The notes: generated by a model not told the origin, from the sequence alone. Positions 44,101 to 57,637 are shown, counted from the stretch's first letter. The stretch: 64,000 nucleotides of DNA from Ascoidea asiatica JCM 7603 (GCA_001600695.1 BCKQ01000013.1:126045-190044), one strand, 5' to 3'. Translations and numbers: made by a program.

Positions 44101-45451
44101 TATCTTCAACACATAAACCAATAGTTGAAGATCTACCATAATAAGAAAAAGCACCTTTTTTCTTTGATTCTTTAATTAATTTTCCATTATAAGTCATTGC
44201 CCATTCAGCAGCATTTTCTTTTGAAATTGCAGCAATTGGATCTGGTTTTATAGAAAAATTCATTCTTCTTCTTTTTGTAGATGGAGTATTATTTGAATTA
44301 TTTGAATTATTTGAATTATTTGAATTATTTTGATTTATTGAAGGAGAATTATCTTTTATATTATTGTTATTATTTAAATTATCAATTAAAGGTGAATTTG
44401 TATTCAGATTTTGAACTGAAGTCATTTTAGTATCTGTAATTTCATTATTATTTTCATCTTTAATTATTGAATTATTATTATTTATGTTGTTATTTGTAGA
44501 AATATCATTATTAATTAAATTATTTTTATTTTTATCATTATTATTTATATTATTAATTTCATTATTTGAGATATTATTATTATTAATATTATTATTTTTA
44601 TTATTATTTTTATTATTATTTTTAACGTTTTTAGAATTAATTTTACTTGTTTTATTATTTAATTTATTAGTTTTTTTATTATCATTAATATTTTCAATTT
44701 TTTTTTGTTGTTGTTGAAGTTCATTTAAATTATTATCTTGATTTGAATTAATTTGAATTTTTTTTTGTTTTTTACCTCTTTTTTTTGTTGTTTCTGGAAA
44801 AGTACAATCACATCTAAAAGTTACACAATTTGTACATGGAATTCTAATCATTGCATCACAACGAACTTTTCTTGCATGACAAACTTTACAAGCTCTTGCA
44901 GATCTTGGTCTTTTATATTTCATTGTAAAAGCAGGTTTTTTTTTTATAATATTTTTTGGAGTATTTTCTTTACTTGAATTTATAATATCATTGTTTTCAT
45001 TATTATTTTCAACATCTATTATATTTTCATTATTTTCATTATTTTCATTATTTTCATTGTTATTTTCATTTTCTTTATCAATACTAATATCTTGATCTAT
45101 ATTAATATCTTGATCTAGATTGATATCTTTTTCTTTATCTTTATCTTTATCTTTATCTTTATCTTTAATTTTAAATTTATTTTTTATAGTTTTATTTTTT
45201 AATTTTTCTTTTTTTTTAATTTTATTTTTATCAATATTGGAATTATCAATTGAATTATCAATTGAATTATTTATATTTGAAATTATTGAATTATTAATTG
45301 AATCATTAATTGAATTATTAATTGTATTATTTATTGAATCATTAATTGAAGTATTTATAGGAGTATTTATTGGAGGATTCATAATTGAATTTATTGAAGA
45401 ATTCATATTATTACCGTTATTATTATTGTTATTTTCTATATTATCAGCCAT
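41180..45451 (-). CDS. CTF1: Zn(II)2Cys6 transcription factor, Ctf1-alpha/FarA (fatty-acid utilisation) family
   Basis: RSARACKVCHARKVRCDA..IPCTNCVTF, ELEILKLRGAFLLP, PPSLLLLQSILLAGSRVC and GWYWEGPEDVT are characteristic of Ctf1a/FarA. Confidence 0.88.
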   Translation of the reverse strand: MADNIENNNNNNGNNMNSSINSIMNPPINTPINTSINDSINNTINNSINDSINNSIISNINNSIDNSIDNSNIDKNKIKKKEKLKNKTIKNKFKIKDKDKDKDKDKEKDINLDQDINIDQDISIDKENENNNENNENNENNENIIDVENNNENNDIINSSKENTPKNIIKKKPAFTMKYKRPRSARACKVCHARKVRCDAMIRIPCTNCVTFRCDCTFPETTKKRGKKQKKIQINSNQDNNLNELQQQQKKIENINDNKKTNKLNNKTSKINSKNVKNNNKNNNKNNNINNNNISNNEINNINNNDKNKNNLINNDISTNNNINNNNSIIKDENNNEITDTKMTSVQNLNTNSPLIDNLNNNNNIKDNSPSINQNNSNNSNNSNNSNNTPSTKRRRMNFSIKPDPIAAISKENAAEWAMTYNGKLIKESKKKGAFSYYGRSSTIGLCVEDTKQNKSSHYSITGYNRFINSDNIDTVELEILKLRGAFLLPSKSLTMDIIKSYFNHINQVTPIVSEAWFMKRFHDPENPPSLLLLQSILLAGSRVCVNDLLKDSKGSNKLSSSTFFQRAKALFESNYEKDPLSIVQSLILFGWYWEGPEDVTGNAFYWNRVAIAVAQGYGFQRSVAHSDLSLIEKKSWKLIWWYLFLRDRGLSLIFGRPCSIDLVDCDVAMLEHSDFDETDPELGLVPLRPIDRGRALFFMNYCSLYMLLGLILKEVFSVRSEMKENKPQLIAVFDQLLTQWVKKLPPELKYSRKNYSLHAAISYINYYTVICLLHRSSFLKKSQKPQPNLKKPQRLNFNENIAFYSATQLALIVDDIVKHGDLGHANGIILYSIFYACIIFVYHLDSPNPIVKETATYYFGKCYSYVERCIEFWELGKYCLKLFETIRCNPLIRKKIVKDFLKNNSYSKKIKSKNKLRYTRPKSSRRGFSIEDIVNNYKSQLSDQPEEPDQKMDSGSHSPDSVSLNPNEPPAYKSHWNEEKPPVDYTQTYMTQPQSQSKGSNLPFTQNPFQSQTAPVNPVGNNYPSSQQQQPNGDLYANSIHSNQEREVYSNIPNSRNQAQPPYNSYSSQRSEFPGQSPMSVKNSSFNNGLYYPQQNIPQNIPPYMYPSISDNNTPPKLPPLVNQGSVQPPLSQQPYSQPISQLPFQQQQSHPPFPRQQFPLQQQYPPNIPIQQQHIQKFPPSEGPLLNNQPSGEYSGSSQIPNIQHNVSFSRMENNPSNGHYQNVYEGGNTNNNQLNMNNGVKEKFSGQSDQNHNFQGETKNTINNSSNVNKQSAFDKDQLNKNSNTIIDSLESWGEYGMSYNVPQLMDSFILSTWGPVELFPEIGTESTIDTDGVPTIILNASDFSLNGFQSRKTDFLNDLKNQNIHFFNDQAILSGNSDNLYGNGMILSSSESESIEVSEVPSSFSLKDWAQYLSNDQSK

Positions 45452-46439
45452 TTCAGAATTTGATTTTATATTATATGTAATATAATATGTAATATAAGAA
45501 TATAGTTAGTTAGTTAATATAATGAGGGATAATTATATAAATTTGAGAGAAATTGATATTTATATATATATAAATTAATAGTATTAGAGATAATAGTGAT
45601 AATTAAAATAAATTTTATATAAAGTAAGTACTAAACATTCATGTCAATAATTTATATAACTAATAATAAATACGAGATATTAAATTTGTGATTGAAATTG
45701 GAATTGAAATTGGATTATTAAATTGAATAAAAAGAAATTAGGAAAAAGAAGTTTGCGCAAATAAATATCAAATGATATCAAATGATATCAAATGATATTG
45801 AATGATATTGAATGATATTAATGACTAGAATCTTTGATTATATGATTATTATAATCAAGTATGATTAAATATTCTATTTATTATGAGATAAATTTTATAT
45901 TCAATGATAAATTTGATTAATTATATAAGAATTAGTAAAAGAGTAAAAAGCTTGCTAATTATTTCTTTTGATTTCTTTAAGTATTATATATTTAACTATT
46001 AAATATTAGATAATAGATAATAGATTATAGATAATAGATAATAGATAATATATATATTGTTAGAGGATATAAATATAATTTTAGTTAAATTACAGATTAA
46101 AGCCTGAAAATATATTAAAGAATATTGTAATGATAATAATATTAATGAATATTAATGGATATTAATATTTGAAATGTAAATAAATATTATATTCTATATT
46201 ACTAGTACTAGTACTGTAAATGGCAAATGTTTCAGTATCTGATTTGAGAATTAAATCAAATTAAATTTATTTCGTTAGTTTTAAAAACCATTTAAAACTG
46301 TTTCAAAAAGTGAATTGATTTGTGAAGAGTTTTTAAAGATTTCTAAAGAATTATTGTAAAATTGATAAAATTTTGTTAAAATTTCTAAGGATTTACAACG
46401 ATGTGAAAATGTTCAGAGGTAGTTGTGGTAGAATTTGAT

Positions 46440-47075
46440 CGGTAAAAGATCCCTCGCTCTAGAGGGCGGTGGCAGAGATGCTAGATACATGAAACAGCAC
46501 AGCCACTTGGGGGATAGTAAACTGTTTATGAACCAATGATGGTGGGTATTGGTGTATGCTATTCAGGCTTACTATGGATACCAGTGGATAATCACGGTTA
46601 GAGCATGTTAACGAAACATGAGAAAAAGCAGTTCAGGCTGGGGGAAAGTGGGCATTTAGTGCAGAGATTGTTCTGGAGAGATTCACGCCATTCTCGGGGT
46701 GGAAGATAGAAATGAGTCAGGATTGTGAAGCAGACTGCAATCAAGCACTGGGATTTTGCCTGCGATTGTATCATTGAGCCTGGGCTAACCTAGGTTGGAA
46801 CAGCGCCGGCAGCACAAACAGCGCCACCTTTGCTCTTTGACTGGGGGAGCATTGAGCATTGTTGCCGGTGGGCTTGTTTCTGGAGTTGGCTTTGAAGTTG
46901 CCTTTGCGCTGGAGCTGAACGCTAATTTGCAAAAGAAACCACCGCGGCCCAACCCCCCGTGCAAATAAGAGCCGAGCAAACAGGGAAAGCTCCTCGGATT
47001 CGCCAGTCTTCCACACCACAACCATTGACGTCAACTTCCTGCGGTACATAACTTACTTCACTCCGAAAGTCCACT
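46440..47075 (-). promoter_or_regulatory. GC-rich upstream regulatory island of CTF1-like gene
   Basis: TGAGTCA 46713, CCTCGG 46992, TGACGTCA 47026, and several (C/T)TGGGG Adr1/Mig1-like boxes. Confidence 0.5.
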
Positions 47076-47724
47076 GCAATATTCTTTGTTTCTCTCTTAT
47101 TCTTATTCCTATTATATTTATATTTATATTTATATTTATTATTCTATTCTATCGCATTTTTCAATATCCTTACTCTGTTTTCGCTGGTCTTGTTTTTGTT
47201 TATTCACTAAAATATATATTTTAATATTTGTTATTTCGTATTATTATAATCATACGATATCTATCCTCATAGAGCTATTCACTTTCTATTCACATGTCTT
47301 TGTTATCAAAAAATTGTTGAATTGATTTAAACGCTAACTGCCGTGGAACAAGTACCATTCACAGACCACGGTCCACTATTATTAGGTAATAATGGGCTAC
47401 TTCTTACCTTTCGGTTACTAACAAACAACTTTTACCCCTGGCAAAAATGGTTTATTTCCAAGGTTTTTAGTTTCACTTTATTCTACTCTTTTCCACTGCC
47501 CACCACTAGTATTCACCGGCGTGTACATCTTTTTATTACTCATGTTCCGCCCTCCACCCCCTACAGCCGCCCCCGCTCTCCGTTTTTATCCGGGTGTTCA
47601 CTCTCGGACGCACTTTCCCGCAGTTGCCTTGTCTTTAGTACCACATGACCCAAATAATTGCATACAATCTCGGCTCGCTCAAATTATCGCTCGAATTCAC
47701 ATTAATTACTTAACTTAACTAAAC

Positions 47725-48064
47725 TTAGGGCTCTAAAGAACATTAAATTTATTCTAGATCTATAATCCGGGTAACTTCATTACTTATCTTCTTTTTCATT
47801 AACACATGAAATCTTCAGATCTAAAATAAACCTAATTAATTTACCTCATTGATTTACCTCATTACTTGAAACTAGAAAAAAAATTAAAGAAATTTTTAAC
47901 AAATAAAAACGTAATCATTGTCATTTTTAAAACTACCTCAATTATGGTCTCTATTTTTTTATTTATTTTTCAAAATATTTTTTTTTTTTTTCAATCCCGT
48001 GCCTGCATTATATTTTTTCAAATCTAAAAACCAAAAAAAAAAAAATAATATATTAAAATTTTCA
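47725..48064 (+). promoter_or_regulatory. Ribi-type promoter of DBP3 (Tbf1, Reb1, RRPE motifs)
   Basis: TTAGGGC 47725, CCGGGTAA 47767, AAAATTTTCA 48055 (reverse RRPE). Confidence 0.55.
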
Positions 48065-48146
48065 AAATTTATAATGTATTGTAATATACATAATCTGTTT
48101 AAGTTTCAATTGAATCAATTTCATTATTTGTTACATTTATAAATCA

Positions 48147-48177
<31 letters not shown>

Positions 48178-48192
48178 TAATAATTTTTAAAA

Positions 48193-49983
48193 ATGACATC
48201 GGTTGATCTTAAAGAACATAAAAAAAAGAGAAAACATTCTATAAGTGAATCATCTATAATATCAAAAGATGTTGAAACTATTTTAAAAAAAACTAAAAAA
48301 GATAAAAAACATAAGAAAGATAAGAAAGATAAAAAAGATAAAAAAGATAATAAAGAAAAGAAAGAAAAGAAAGATATAATAGATGAAATAGATAATGTAG
48401 AGAAAACAGAATCACTAGAGAAAAAAGAGAAGAAACATAAAGATAAAAAGGATAAAAAAGATAAAAAGGAAAAAAAAGATAAAAAAGAAAAGAAGGATAA
48501 GAAACATAAGAAAGATAAAAAAGAAGAAATACATACTGAAATAAAGGAAAATATTGAAAATAATGAAGACCATGAAGATATTGCTTCAAAATCTTCAACA
48601 ACTTTATATATTGATAATAATGCTTTAAAAAATTTAACTAAAGATCAAATAGATAAATATTTAATTGATAATTTTGTTTTAGTTGGAGATCCAAATTCAA
48701 AATCTATACTTAAACCAATAATTGATTTTAAATATTTATCTTTATCAAATCAAAATTTATCAAATGCTTTTAAAAATTTTAAAAATCCATCTCCAATTCA
48801 AGCTATTTCTTGGCCTTATTTATTTGATTCAAGAGATGTAATTGGTGTGGCAGAAACTGGTTCTGGTAAAACTTTTGCTTTTGGTTTACCTGCTGTTACT
48901 CATATTTTATCTTCTGAAGATTATTTAAAAAATAATAATAATTTATATCCAAAAGTTTTAATTGTTTCTCCAACAAGAGAATTAGCAATGCAAACTCATG
49001 AATCTCTTGAAATTTTAACAAAAAATATTAAAAATATTAAATCAACTTGTATTTATGGTGGTGTTTCAAAAGATGATCAAAGAAAAAATATTAAAATTTC
49101 AAATATTTTAGTTGCAACTCCAGGTAGATTATTAGATCTTTTAGATGAATATAATCCATGTTTTAATCTTTCTAAAATTTCATTCTTAGTTTTAGATGAA
49201 GCTGATAGAATGTTAGAAAAAGGTTTTGAAAATGATATTAAAAAAATTTTTTCTTTATCAAATAAATTTAGACAAACTTTAATGTTTACTGCAACTTGGC
49301 CAGAAGAAATTAGACAAATTTCTTCAAATTATATGAATTCTCCAGTAAAAATTTCAATTGGTGAAAATCATGATGAATTATCTGCAAATAAAAGAATTAA
49401 ACAAATTGTTGAAGTTATAGATCCATATGATAAAGAAAAAAGATTATTACAATTATTAAATAAATTTTTAAAAGATGATAAAAAAAATGATAAAATTTTA
49501 ATTTTTGCTTTATATAAAAAAGAAGCAACAAGAATTGAATCTTATTTATTAAGAAATTCTTATCAAGTTAGTGCAATTCATGGTGATTTATCTCAACAAC
49601 AAAGAACAAATGCTTTAAATAATTTTAAAACTGGTAAATCAAATTTACTTTTAGCAACTGATGTTGCCGCAAGAGGTTTAGATATACCAAATGTTAAAGT
49701 TGTAATAAATTTAACTTTTCCATTAACTGCAGAAGATTATGTTCATAGAATTGGTAGAACTGGAAGAGCTGGTCAATCTGGAATTGCATATACTTTATTT
49801 ACTGAACGTGAAAAACATTTAAGTGGTGCTTTAATTAATGTTTTAAAAAATGCAAATCAAGATGTTCCTCCAGAATTATTAAAATTTGGTAGTCATACAA
49901 AGAAAAAAGAACATAGTGCTTATGGTGCTTTTTTTAAAGATGTTGATTTATCTAAAAAACCTAAAAAAATTGTGTTTGATTAA
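48193..49983 (+). CDS. DBP3: DEAD-box RNA helicase (60S biogenesis) with KKD/KKE N-terminal repeats
   Basis: [53 protein letters not shown], and C-terminal [17 protein letters not shown]. Confidence 0.96.
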   Translation: MTSVDLKEHKKKRKHSISESSIISKDVETILKKTKKDKKHKKDKKDKKDKKDNKEKKEKKDIIDEIDNVEKTESLEKKEKKHKDKKDKKDKKEKKDKKEKKDKKHKKDKKEEIHTEIKENIENNEDHEDIASKSSTTLYIDNNALKNLTKDQIDKYLIDNFVLVGDPNSKSILKPIIDFKYLSLSNQNLSNAFKNFKNPSPIQAISWPYLFDSRDVIGVAETGSGKTFAFGLPAVTHILSSEDYLKNNNNLYPKVLIVSPTRELAMQTHESLEILTKNIKNIKSTCIYGGVSKDDQRKNIKISNILVATPGRLLDLLDEYNPCFNLSKISFLVLDEADRMLEKGFENDIKKIFSLSNKFRQTLMFTATWPEEIRQISSNYMNSPVKISIGENHDELSANKRIKQIVEVIDPYDKEKRLLQLLNKFLKDDKKNDKILIFALYKKEATRIESYLLRNSYQVSAIHGDLSQQQRTNALNNFKTGKSNLLLATDVAARGLDIPNVKVVINLTFPLTAEDYVHRIGRTGRAGQSGIAYTLFTEREKHLSGALINVLKNANQDVPPELLKFGSHTKKKEHSAYGAFFKDVDLSKKPKKIVFD

Positions 49984-50187
49984 TATCTACTCAATTTAAA
50001 TTTAAATTTTAAAACTTTTTTGTTTTTTTTTTGTAATTTTTGTATTCATAAATATGTTCTTCTGTATTAAAAAATTAAATAAATTAATAAATCAAACAAA
50101 AAAAAAAAAAAAAAAAAACCCAAAAAAAACCCAAAAAAAAATATAAAAAAAATAAAAAACCTCATAGATTTGAAAAAAAAAAAGTTT

Positions 50188-53100
50188 TTAATCTAATAAT
50201 AAATTGATTTTATTTTGACGAACAACATCAACCCAAGTTATTTTATGTCCAAGTTTCCTTTCACGCCAAACAATATTAATTACCTGTCTTGCTTTCCAAC
50301 GACTTTTCAAACTCATATATTCATATCGTTTTAAAAGTGATACAAATTCTGTAGAGATTTCATCTGAATCTTCTCCATTTAATGGAATTATTTCACAACC
50401 ACAAATAAAATATTGCCAATAAATTGGTGTAACTAAAACTTTTTGATAATCTGCTATATTTTGAAGCATTTTTAAATGTTCAAAACAAAGCATTGTATTA
50501 ATTCTAATTTTAGATTCATCACATTTATCACAAATAAGTCGATAATAAAAAATTTTAATTGCATAAAAAAATGAAAACATATTATGATATACTACTTCAT
50601 GCCATGCACTTTCAAAATCAAAATCTTCTAATATTTCAATACTATTTTTTCCATTAACTAATTGATCATCTTTCATACAAGGTACTTCTGATCCATTTTT
50701 TTCTAAAAAATTCCAATCTGGCTTCCAAGATTTCATTTTTTTATTAAAACTATTAATTGAAACATTTAAGTCACTTTTTCTTCCTAAAAATCCATCAGAT
50801 TTACTATTTGTATTTTCAAATTTGTTTCGTTTCTCACTAAATAATCCACTGAGCATTGTAAATAATCGAATTAAAGAATTTGGAAAACAATATAAAGCAT
50901 CAATATCTTCAGAGTTCGTTTTTGAAGGTTGAGATCCAGAAAGATTTTTTAATTGCTTATTTCTGGACTTATTACCATCATTCTTTGTAACTGACGGTGG
51001 CCTACTTTCTTCATTGAAGTTGTTCTCGGAATCAATAGATGATACTCTTTTCATTTTCATAGCAATTTCATCATTATTTAATCTATCATCAAATAAATTT
51101 TTATCAGAAATATTATTTTCCTTGAAATTACTGTCTTTTTCAGTATTTATTGTTCTTGGTTTTAGCCCAGTTACTATAGTTTCTCTTAACGGATCACGTC
51201 TAGGAAGTGGGATTTCAGAAGCAATTTTTGGTGCCAATTCTCCTAAGTACAGACATCTATCTCTTGCAATCCTAATAAACTTAGGAAATGATGATGGTTC
51301 TGATGTATATGCCAACTCGTTTGAATTAGTAACTAAATACTCGATTTTCTTCTTTCTTTCATTATTGGTATTTTGATGAAAATTAGAACCAACTTTTGAT
51401 ATTGTTTTCTTTAATTTACTGAAATCAAATTGTAAATCTTGTTCCTCATCATAAATTTTCTCAAATTTAACTTTATTCATAAGTCCTTCTGATGTCATCG
51501 GTTCAATATCGATTTCAAATACTGATGTTGATTCAAATAAAAAAATCAAAAAATTATAAATCCGATGTAAAGTTTTGGCCTTAAGAGATACAGTGGAGTT
51601 ATTCCTTAGTCTTTTTGAAACAAATTCCTGACATGTTTTTAAAAATAATCCACAATTTTGCAAGGAACCATTTATAGAATCCACAGAAACTATATTTAAA
51701 AAAGCTGTCAAAACTTCTTTATGCTTATAATATCCCAAATCCAGAAAAATAGTAGCAAGAGCTCTAATAGATACATTTCTAAAATAGCATCCAATATCAG
51801 CCCAATGTCTGTAACAAAATTCGTTTGTATATTTGTAACGGGTTGCAATAAAATAAGCCGATGCTGCCAAAGAGGAATAAAGGAGAGAAACTTTAGGAAC
51901 CGAAATTTCTGCCTCGAGAACAATTCCACCAAATGTCGTCTCAATTCTGGGTAAAAAAATGGATTTCCAAGGATTTGATTTCGACCTTAGTACAGTTGAC
52001 ATTTCAGTTATTTTTTGTTGATAAATCTTGATTAATGTTTTAGATAATGGGGTGACTTTAGTTTCAGTTATTATATTTCGATTAAAATCCCCAAAAAAAC
52101 ACTCAGGGACATGGAAAACAGGTTCTTGCGGTTTACCGACCTCTTTCAGTCTTGAAAAGGAATTTGTCTTGTCGTGAAGAATTGGATCATCAAAAATATC
52201 TGGAAGAAAATTATCAAAGTAATTAGTAATTTCTAAGTCCCTTGGAAGGTATGATATTTCATTATCGTCTTCTTGAAATTCCTCAGGGATTACTGATTCT
52301 TCCCGGCCATAAAACTTAGTTAAAATCGACCAATAATGATATGAATTGCCTTCCTTTAAACTTTTTTTTGAGTTATGATTAACACTGTATTTCAAATTTT
52401 CTGCTCTATTATCTTTTCTTTTACTTTTTCTTTGAGCCTTGTTTCTAGAATTACGATCAATAAAATCATTGGAAGTAAACCCCATTGGAGTAGGTAGACC
52501 AGTCTGATTTCCGTTGTTAAAAATACTCGTATTGAAATTCACAAAACCATCAAGATTCTTATTGTTATCATCATTTTGAGAATTGGCATATAAATTTGTG
52601 GGCTGCTCAGGATTGTATGAATTATTAGTAGAAATAGTAGGAGGATTATTAGCACTAATATTAGAATCAATTGAACTTATATGACTTGAACTTATATTAT
52701 TAGAATTTATATCTTGAGAAACCATATTATTTAAGGTTATATTATTTAGATTTGAATTATCTGAATTAGAATTGATATTTGAATTTACCAAATATTCTCT
52801 AAATGTATTATTTTCACGAGAATTATTGGATAATGGTGGAAAAATTGAAGGGTGATCATTTATATAACTTTCCTCAAAAGGGAAATTTTGGTTCTGACTT
52901 CGATTTTCATTACTATAATTATTATTATTATTATTATTGAAATTAGCATTGAAATCTCTTTGTTGATCTGAATTTAGTGGTTTAAATAATAAGGGAGGAT
53001 GATTATTTTCATAAAAATGCATTTGATTACTCAATTCAATTAAGTTTGTAGGTTGATTTTGACTTTGATTTTGATCATCGTTTAATTTGAGTTGAACTTG

Positions 53101-54623
53101 AAATGCATCAAAAGTAGAGTTAATTGGCTGAAAATTTTGATTCGGCTGAATTTGGTTATTACTATTACTATTACTATTATTGTTATTGTTATAATTATTA
53201 TCACTATTACTATTATTATTGATATTATTAGAATTATCGTTATTGTTATTAGTAATACTGGTATTGTTATGATTTTGCAAATTTTGCAGATTTTGGTTTG
53301 AATTTGAAAATTGAATTTGATTACCATTTATATTTTCCAGGAAAATTGGATCTATAGGTGAATTAAATGCAAATTGAACATTATAATCATTACTTGCTGG
53401 AAGATCAAATGAATTATGAAATTGGGTATCAAATCCGTTCAAAGATCTAGTAAGATGACTATCTATGTTAAATGAGGGATCTATATTTTCACCATTTATA
53501 TAAGTATTATTTGAATAGTTGTAATTTATATTATCACCAATATTAGTAATATTTTTGAAATTATAGTCATCATTGGAATTTGTAATATCAATTATTGAAT
53601 GATCTAAAGGTGATTCGATATTTGAATCTAAATCAGGAGAAAAGTTTTTAGAATTATTATTATCTTTTATATTATTTTGAATTGAAGATTCTATTGAATG
53701 ATTATTTATATTTATATTATTATTATTATTATTATTATTTTCTTGATGAATTGAATTTGAATTTTCATTTATAGTTAAAATTGATGATTTATTTTTAACT
53801 AAATTTGAAGTTATTCTTTTTTGTAGAGGAGATTGATTTTTTTTAGAAAAATTTGAAGAATTTGTTTTTTCTATTAACATTTTCATTTTTTGAGAATTAG
53901 GTTTTAAATTTGATTTAGAATTTGATTTTGGAGATTGTTTTGATTTTGATTTTTGTTTTAAAGATTTTAGAGATTTTGGACTATTTTGGGAATTAGTTTT
54001 ATCTTTTGATATTCCTCCACCTTTTTTTCTTTTATTTTTATTAAATTTTTTAGTATTATTAGTATGATTATCATTACCGTTATTAGAAAAATTGTCATTA
54101 TTGTTATCATTATTGTTATTGTTATTAGTATAATTTACACTATTAGGAGTCTGAGTCTGAGTCTGATTTTGATTTTGATTTTGATTTACAGAATAATTCT
54201 GATTCAGATTATTTAGATTTGAAAAATTTCGAAAATTTTGTCGATTTGATTTATTATTAATATTATTATTATTATTAATATTATTATAATTTAAAAGATT
54301 ATTTGAAATGTTATTTGAAATATTATTTGAAGAAATAGTTTCAAAAATATTATATGGAAATACAGTAAATGGACCACGAGTTATAGATTTAAAATTTTTT
54401 TTTAATGAATTTTTTGAATTAAAATCATCAATAATTTCAAAATCTTGTTTTAAACAATTATGTAAAATATTTAAATGTTTATCAATTTCATAATAAGTTT
54501 TATAAATCATATTTTCAGGAAATTTAACAAATTCTATAGTTCTTCTTTGAAAATAAGGTTCATTATTGGAATTTGAATTTGAATTTGAATTTGAATTTCC
54601 AGAATTATTATTATAGATACCAC

Positions 54624-54665
<42 letters not shown>

Positions 54666-55284
54666 GATGAATTTGATATGGATTTCCAATAGTTTTTAAA
54701 TTTGTAATTCTATCAAATTCAGTTGGAGGTAACCAACATAATTTTATATCATAACCATTACAAGATTTTTTTGATCTTAAACAAGTACCACAAGTTGGTT
54801 TAATATTATCACATTTTACTTTTCTTTTTCTACAAGTCCAACAACCAGTAAAAGTTTTAGTTCTTTTAACTTTTTTAAAAGTTTTTGAAAAATTATTTGA
54901 AAGTATTGGTATTGAAGTTGGAGTTGATTTTATTGAAGATGAAGAAGATGATGGAATAGATAATGAATATGAAGTTGTTGAATTTGATGTAGATGAGTTT
55001 GTATTTGTATTTGAATTTGAATTTGAGTTTCTTTTTTTAAAAACTTGATTAGTTTGATTACTTTTTTGAGGTTTTAAATTAATATTTTGATTTTGAATTT
55101 TATTATTATTATTATTATTATTATAATTGATATTATAATTAGTATTGTTTTTATTGTTTATTGTAATTTTTGAATTTCTTTTTTCATTTCTTTTTTCATT
55201 TATATTTACATTTATATTTACATTATCGATATTATTATTTATAATGTTATTATTATTGTTATTGTTATTATTATTAGAGTCTGA

Positions 55285-55323
<39 letters not shown>

Positions 55324-55374
55324 TGAGGAAGATAAAAGTGTACTTGAAGATAATATTGGAAGTTTTGGTATCAT
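50188..55374 (-). CDS. Zn(II)2Cys6 transcription factor, Arg81-like
   Basis: KTFTGCWTCRKRKVKCD...GYDIKLCW, followed by EPYFQRRTIEFV and GPFTVF as in Arg81. The C-terminal fungal TF domain is divergent, so orthology is not certain. Confidence 0.82.
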
Positions 55375-56376
55375 TATATAAAAATTTAAATTGAAATATA
55401 TAAATTAAGTATATTTAAATATATGAAATATCATTGATTATTAGTATAATGTAAATAATAAATAATTAATATTTTTGATTAATGATGTATAATTTTTTAT
55501 TAAAATTTGATAATTAATTCTTAAATCCTTAAATCCTTAAAGGGATATTGACTGCTATAAATTTTATAAATATAAATATGATAAAATTAAGATATATATG
55601 ATATTAATTTAATGAATTTAATGATCTAATAATGATATAATTGTGAGATTTTTAATAATTTGAAAAGTATTGATATTTAATTTTTTCATAATATTATTGT
55701 AATATAATTGTAATATAAGATTTTAAGATTATAAAAATTAAGAAAATAAGAATATTATTGTTTATAAATTGAGTGTAAGAATATATGATGAGGTAAAAAA
55801 AAGAGTAAAAAGAGAAAAAAGAGAAAGAGAGAGAGAAAATAAATAAATAGAAAGTAAAAGAGAAATTATAAGATTTATATACTTGAAATAAATAAGTAAT
55901 TAAGTAAATAAGTAAATAATCAAAGAAAATAATGAAATGTTATGAGATTTTTAAAGATTATTTCAATTGGTTTATTGATAATTTAAGGAGTTTTTTAAAA
56001 TATTTCAAGTAAACTTTTTAATTAAATCTTTGAAGATTAATATTGAAGATAAATTGAAAAATGATTTTCAAGATTTAATTTATGAAAAATATAAAATAGT
56101 AATTAAATTGAAATATAAATTTTTAAATAAATTGAGATTTCATAAACTTTTTGTTAATAAAATTGTAGTTTTAATATAATTTTTAATATATTTTTTAATA
56201 TTCTAATTCATTCGGTAATTGTAATTAGTACGGGTACAGTAATTTGAATAAAATATCTTTTTAGTGTCTTTTTATGTCTTTGAATGTCTTTTAAAAGATT
56301 CTATCCTTTAATCTAACCTTTATTTTTGTAATTATTTATTATTTATTTATTACTATTTGTGAGGTGAACATTATTA

Positions 56377-56421
<45 letters not shown>

Positions 56422-56601
56422 GATTTATCACATTATCTCAATTATCTCTCTTCGAAATCAAGATACTGGAAGTGAACTGTTTCTGGTATCAATGCGTTGA
56501 AAATGTTTAATGTTTAATGTTTAATGGTTAATGTTTAATGGTAACGGTAACGTTGAGGTAATTCAATTCAAGTGGTTGACTCGAGTGGCGAGCAGGGAGT
56601 T

Positions 56602-56666
56602 GTAAGTAAGTAAGTAAGCAGTAAGTAAGTAAGTAAGTAAGCAGTAAGCAGTAAGCAGGTAAGTAA
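56602..56666. repeat. (GTAA)n / (GTAAGCA)n compound microsatellite
   Basis: Direct reading. Confidence 0.88.
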
Positions 56667-57637
56667 CAAAGAAACCAGGTTACCCTCCGCCGGAAAAACA
56701 ATCCCACCGGCGCGCAAGTTCGAGAGCCGGAGCTTGCGCTTTACCAAAATATGACCCGGTGCAGGAATATGTCCGGACAGGTGTCATAAAGTGACACACA
56801 TCCTAGATCTGTGGCACCCATATCTTGCTATCATGGCCCTATGTCCTAGAAAGTGCCGTGACCATTGTGAGACCATCTACATGGACATCAAATACAGACC
56901 CGTATCACTGGTTTTGGAAAGAGGCTGTGTGTTGACGCCGTCCACTGCCGTCTGCAGCTCCACCCGAACCCAGCGAACGCCACGGACCGATCCAGCCAAT
57001 CAGCCTCTGCCCACTGCTCTAGCTGCTAAGTGAACTAGTTCCGTTGTTCTGCTGGTGGCGAAGAGCAAACCTCACTCTTTCTCACTCTCTCACTCTCTTT
57101 CTCTCTTTCTCTCACGCCAATTCAATCTGATTTTTATTATGATGTGAAGCTGTTTGATATGTATTATATTGTGTATGTATGTATGTATGTATGTATCTAT
57201 CTATCTATGGTGGGTTATCCTGTTAACTGTTGTTAATTCTCTCTTAACTAGCAAATATTATTTATTTCCATTTCCATTTCCATTTCCATTTAAAATTCAA
57301 TAAGATTTCAATAAAAAAATTATTAAAAAAATTTAAAATACCTAATTTATTCAATATATTTATCAAAACAACAATATTCAATTCAAATTTTTATTAATCA
57401 TTTAAATACTCTTCATTTTCCTCTTTATTTTATTCCATTTCATTTTCAATTTCAATTTCAATTTCTCTTTTTTTTTTGTTTTTTTTTTCATTCAATATCT
57501 ATCTATCTATCTATCTATCTCTCTATCTTCTTTAATTCTCTTTTCTATATTCAATTTCACTTATTATAATCTTATTTTATCAATTCATTTTTTTTTATTA
57601 TTATCCTATATTATATTATATTATATTTCTTTAAAAA

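Noticed and set aside
46980-47075. GGGAAAGCTCC / GAAAGTCC resembling RNase P/MRP CR-I
   Set aside because: No matching CR-V/P4 partner or P1 helix was found nearby.
56602-57251. Multiple GTAAGT / GTATGT splice-donor-like hexamers
   Set aside because: They are generated by (GTAA)n and (GTAT)n microsatellites, with no consensus branchpoint or coding exon to join.
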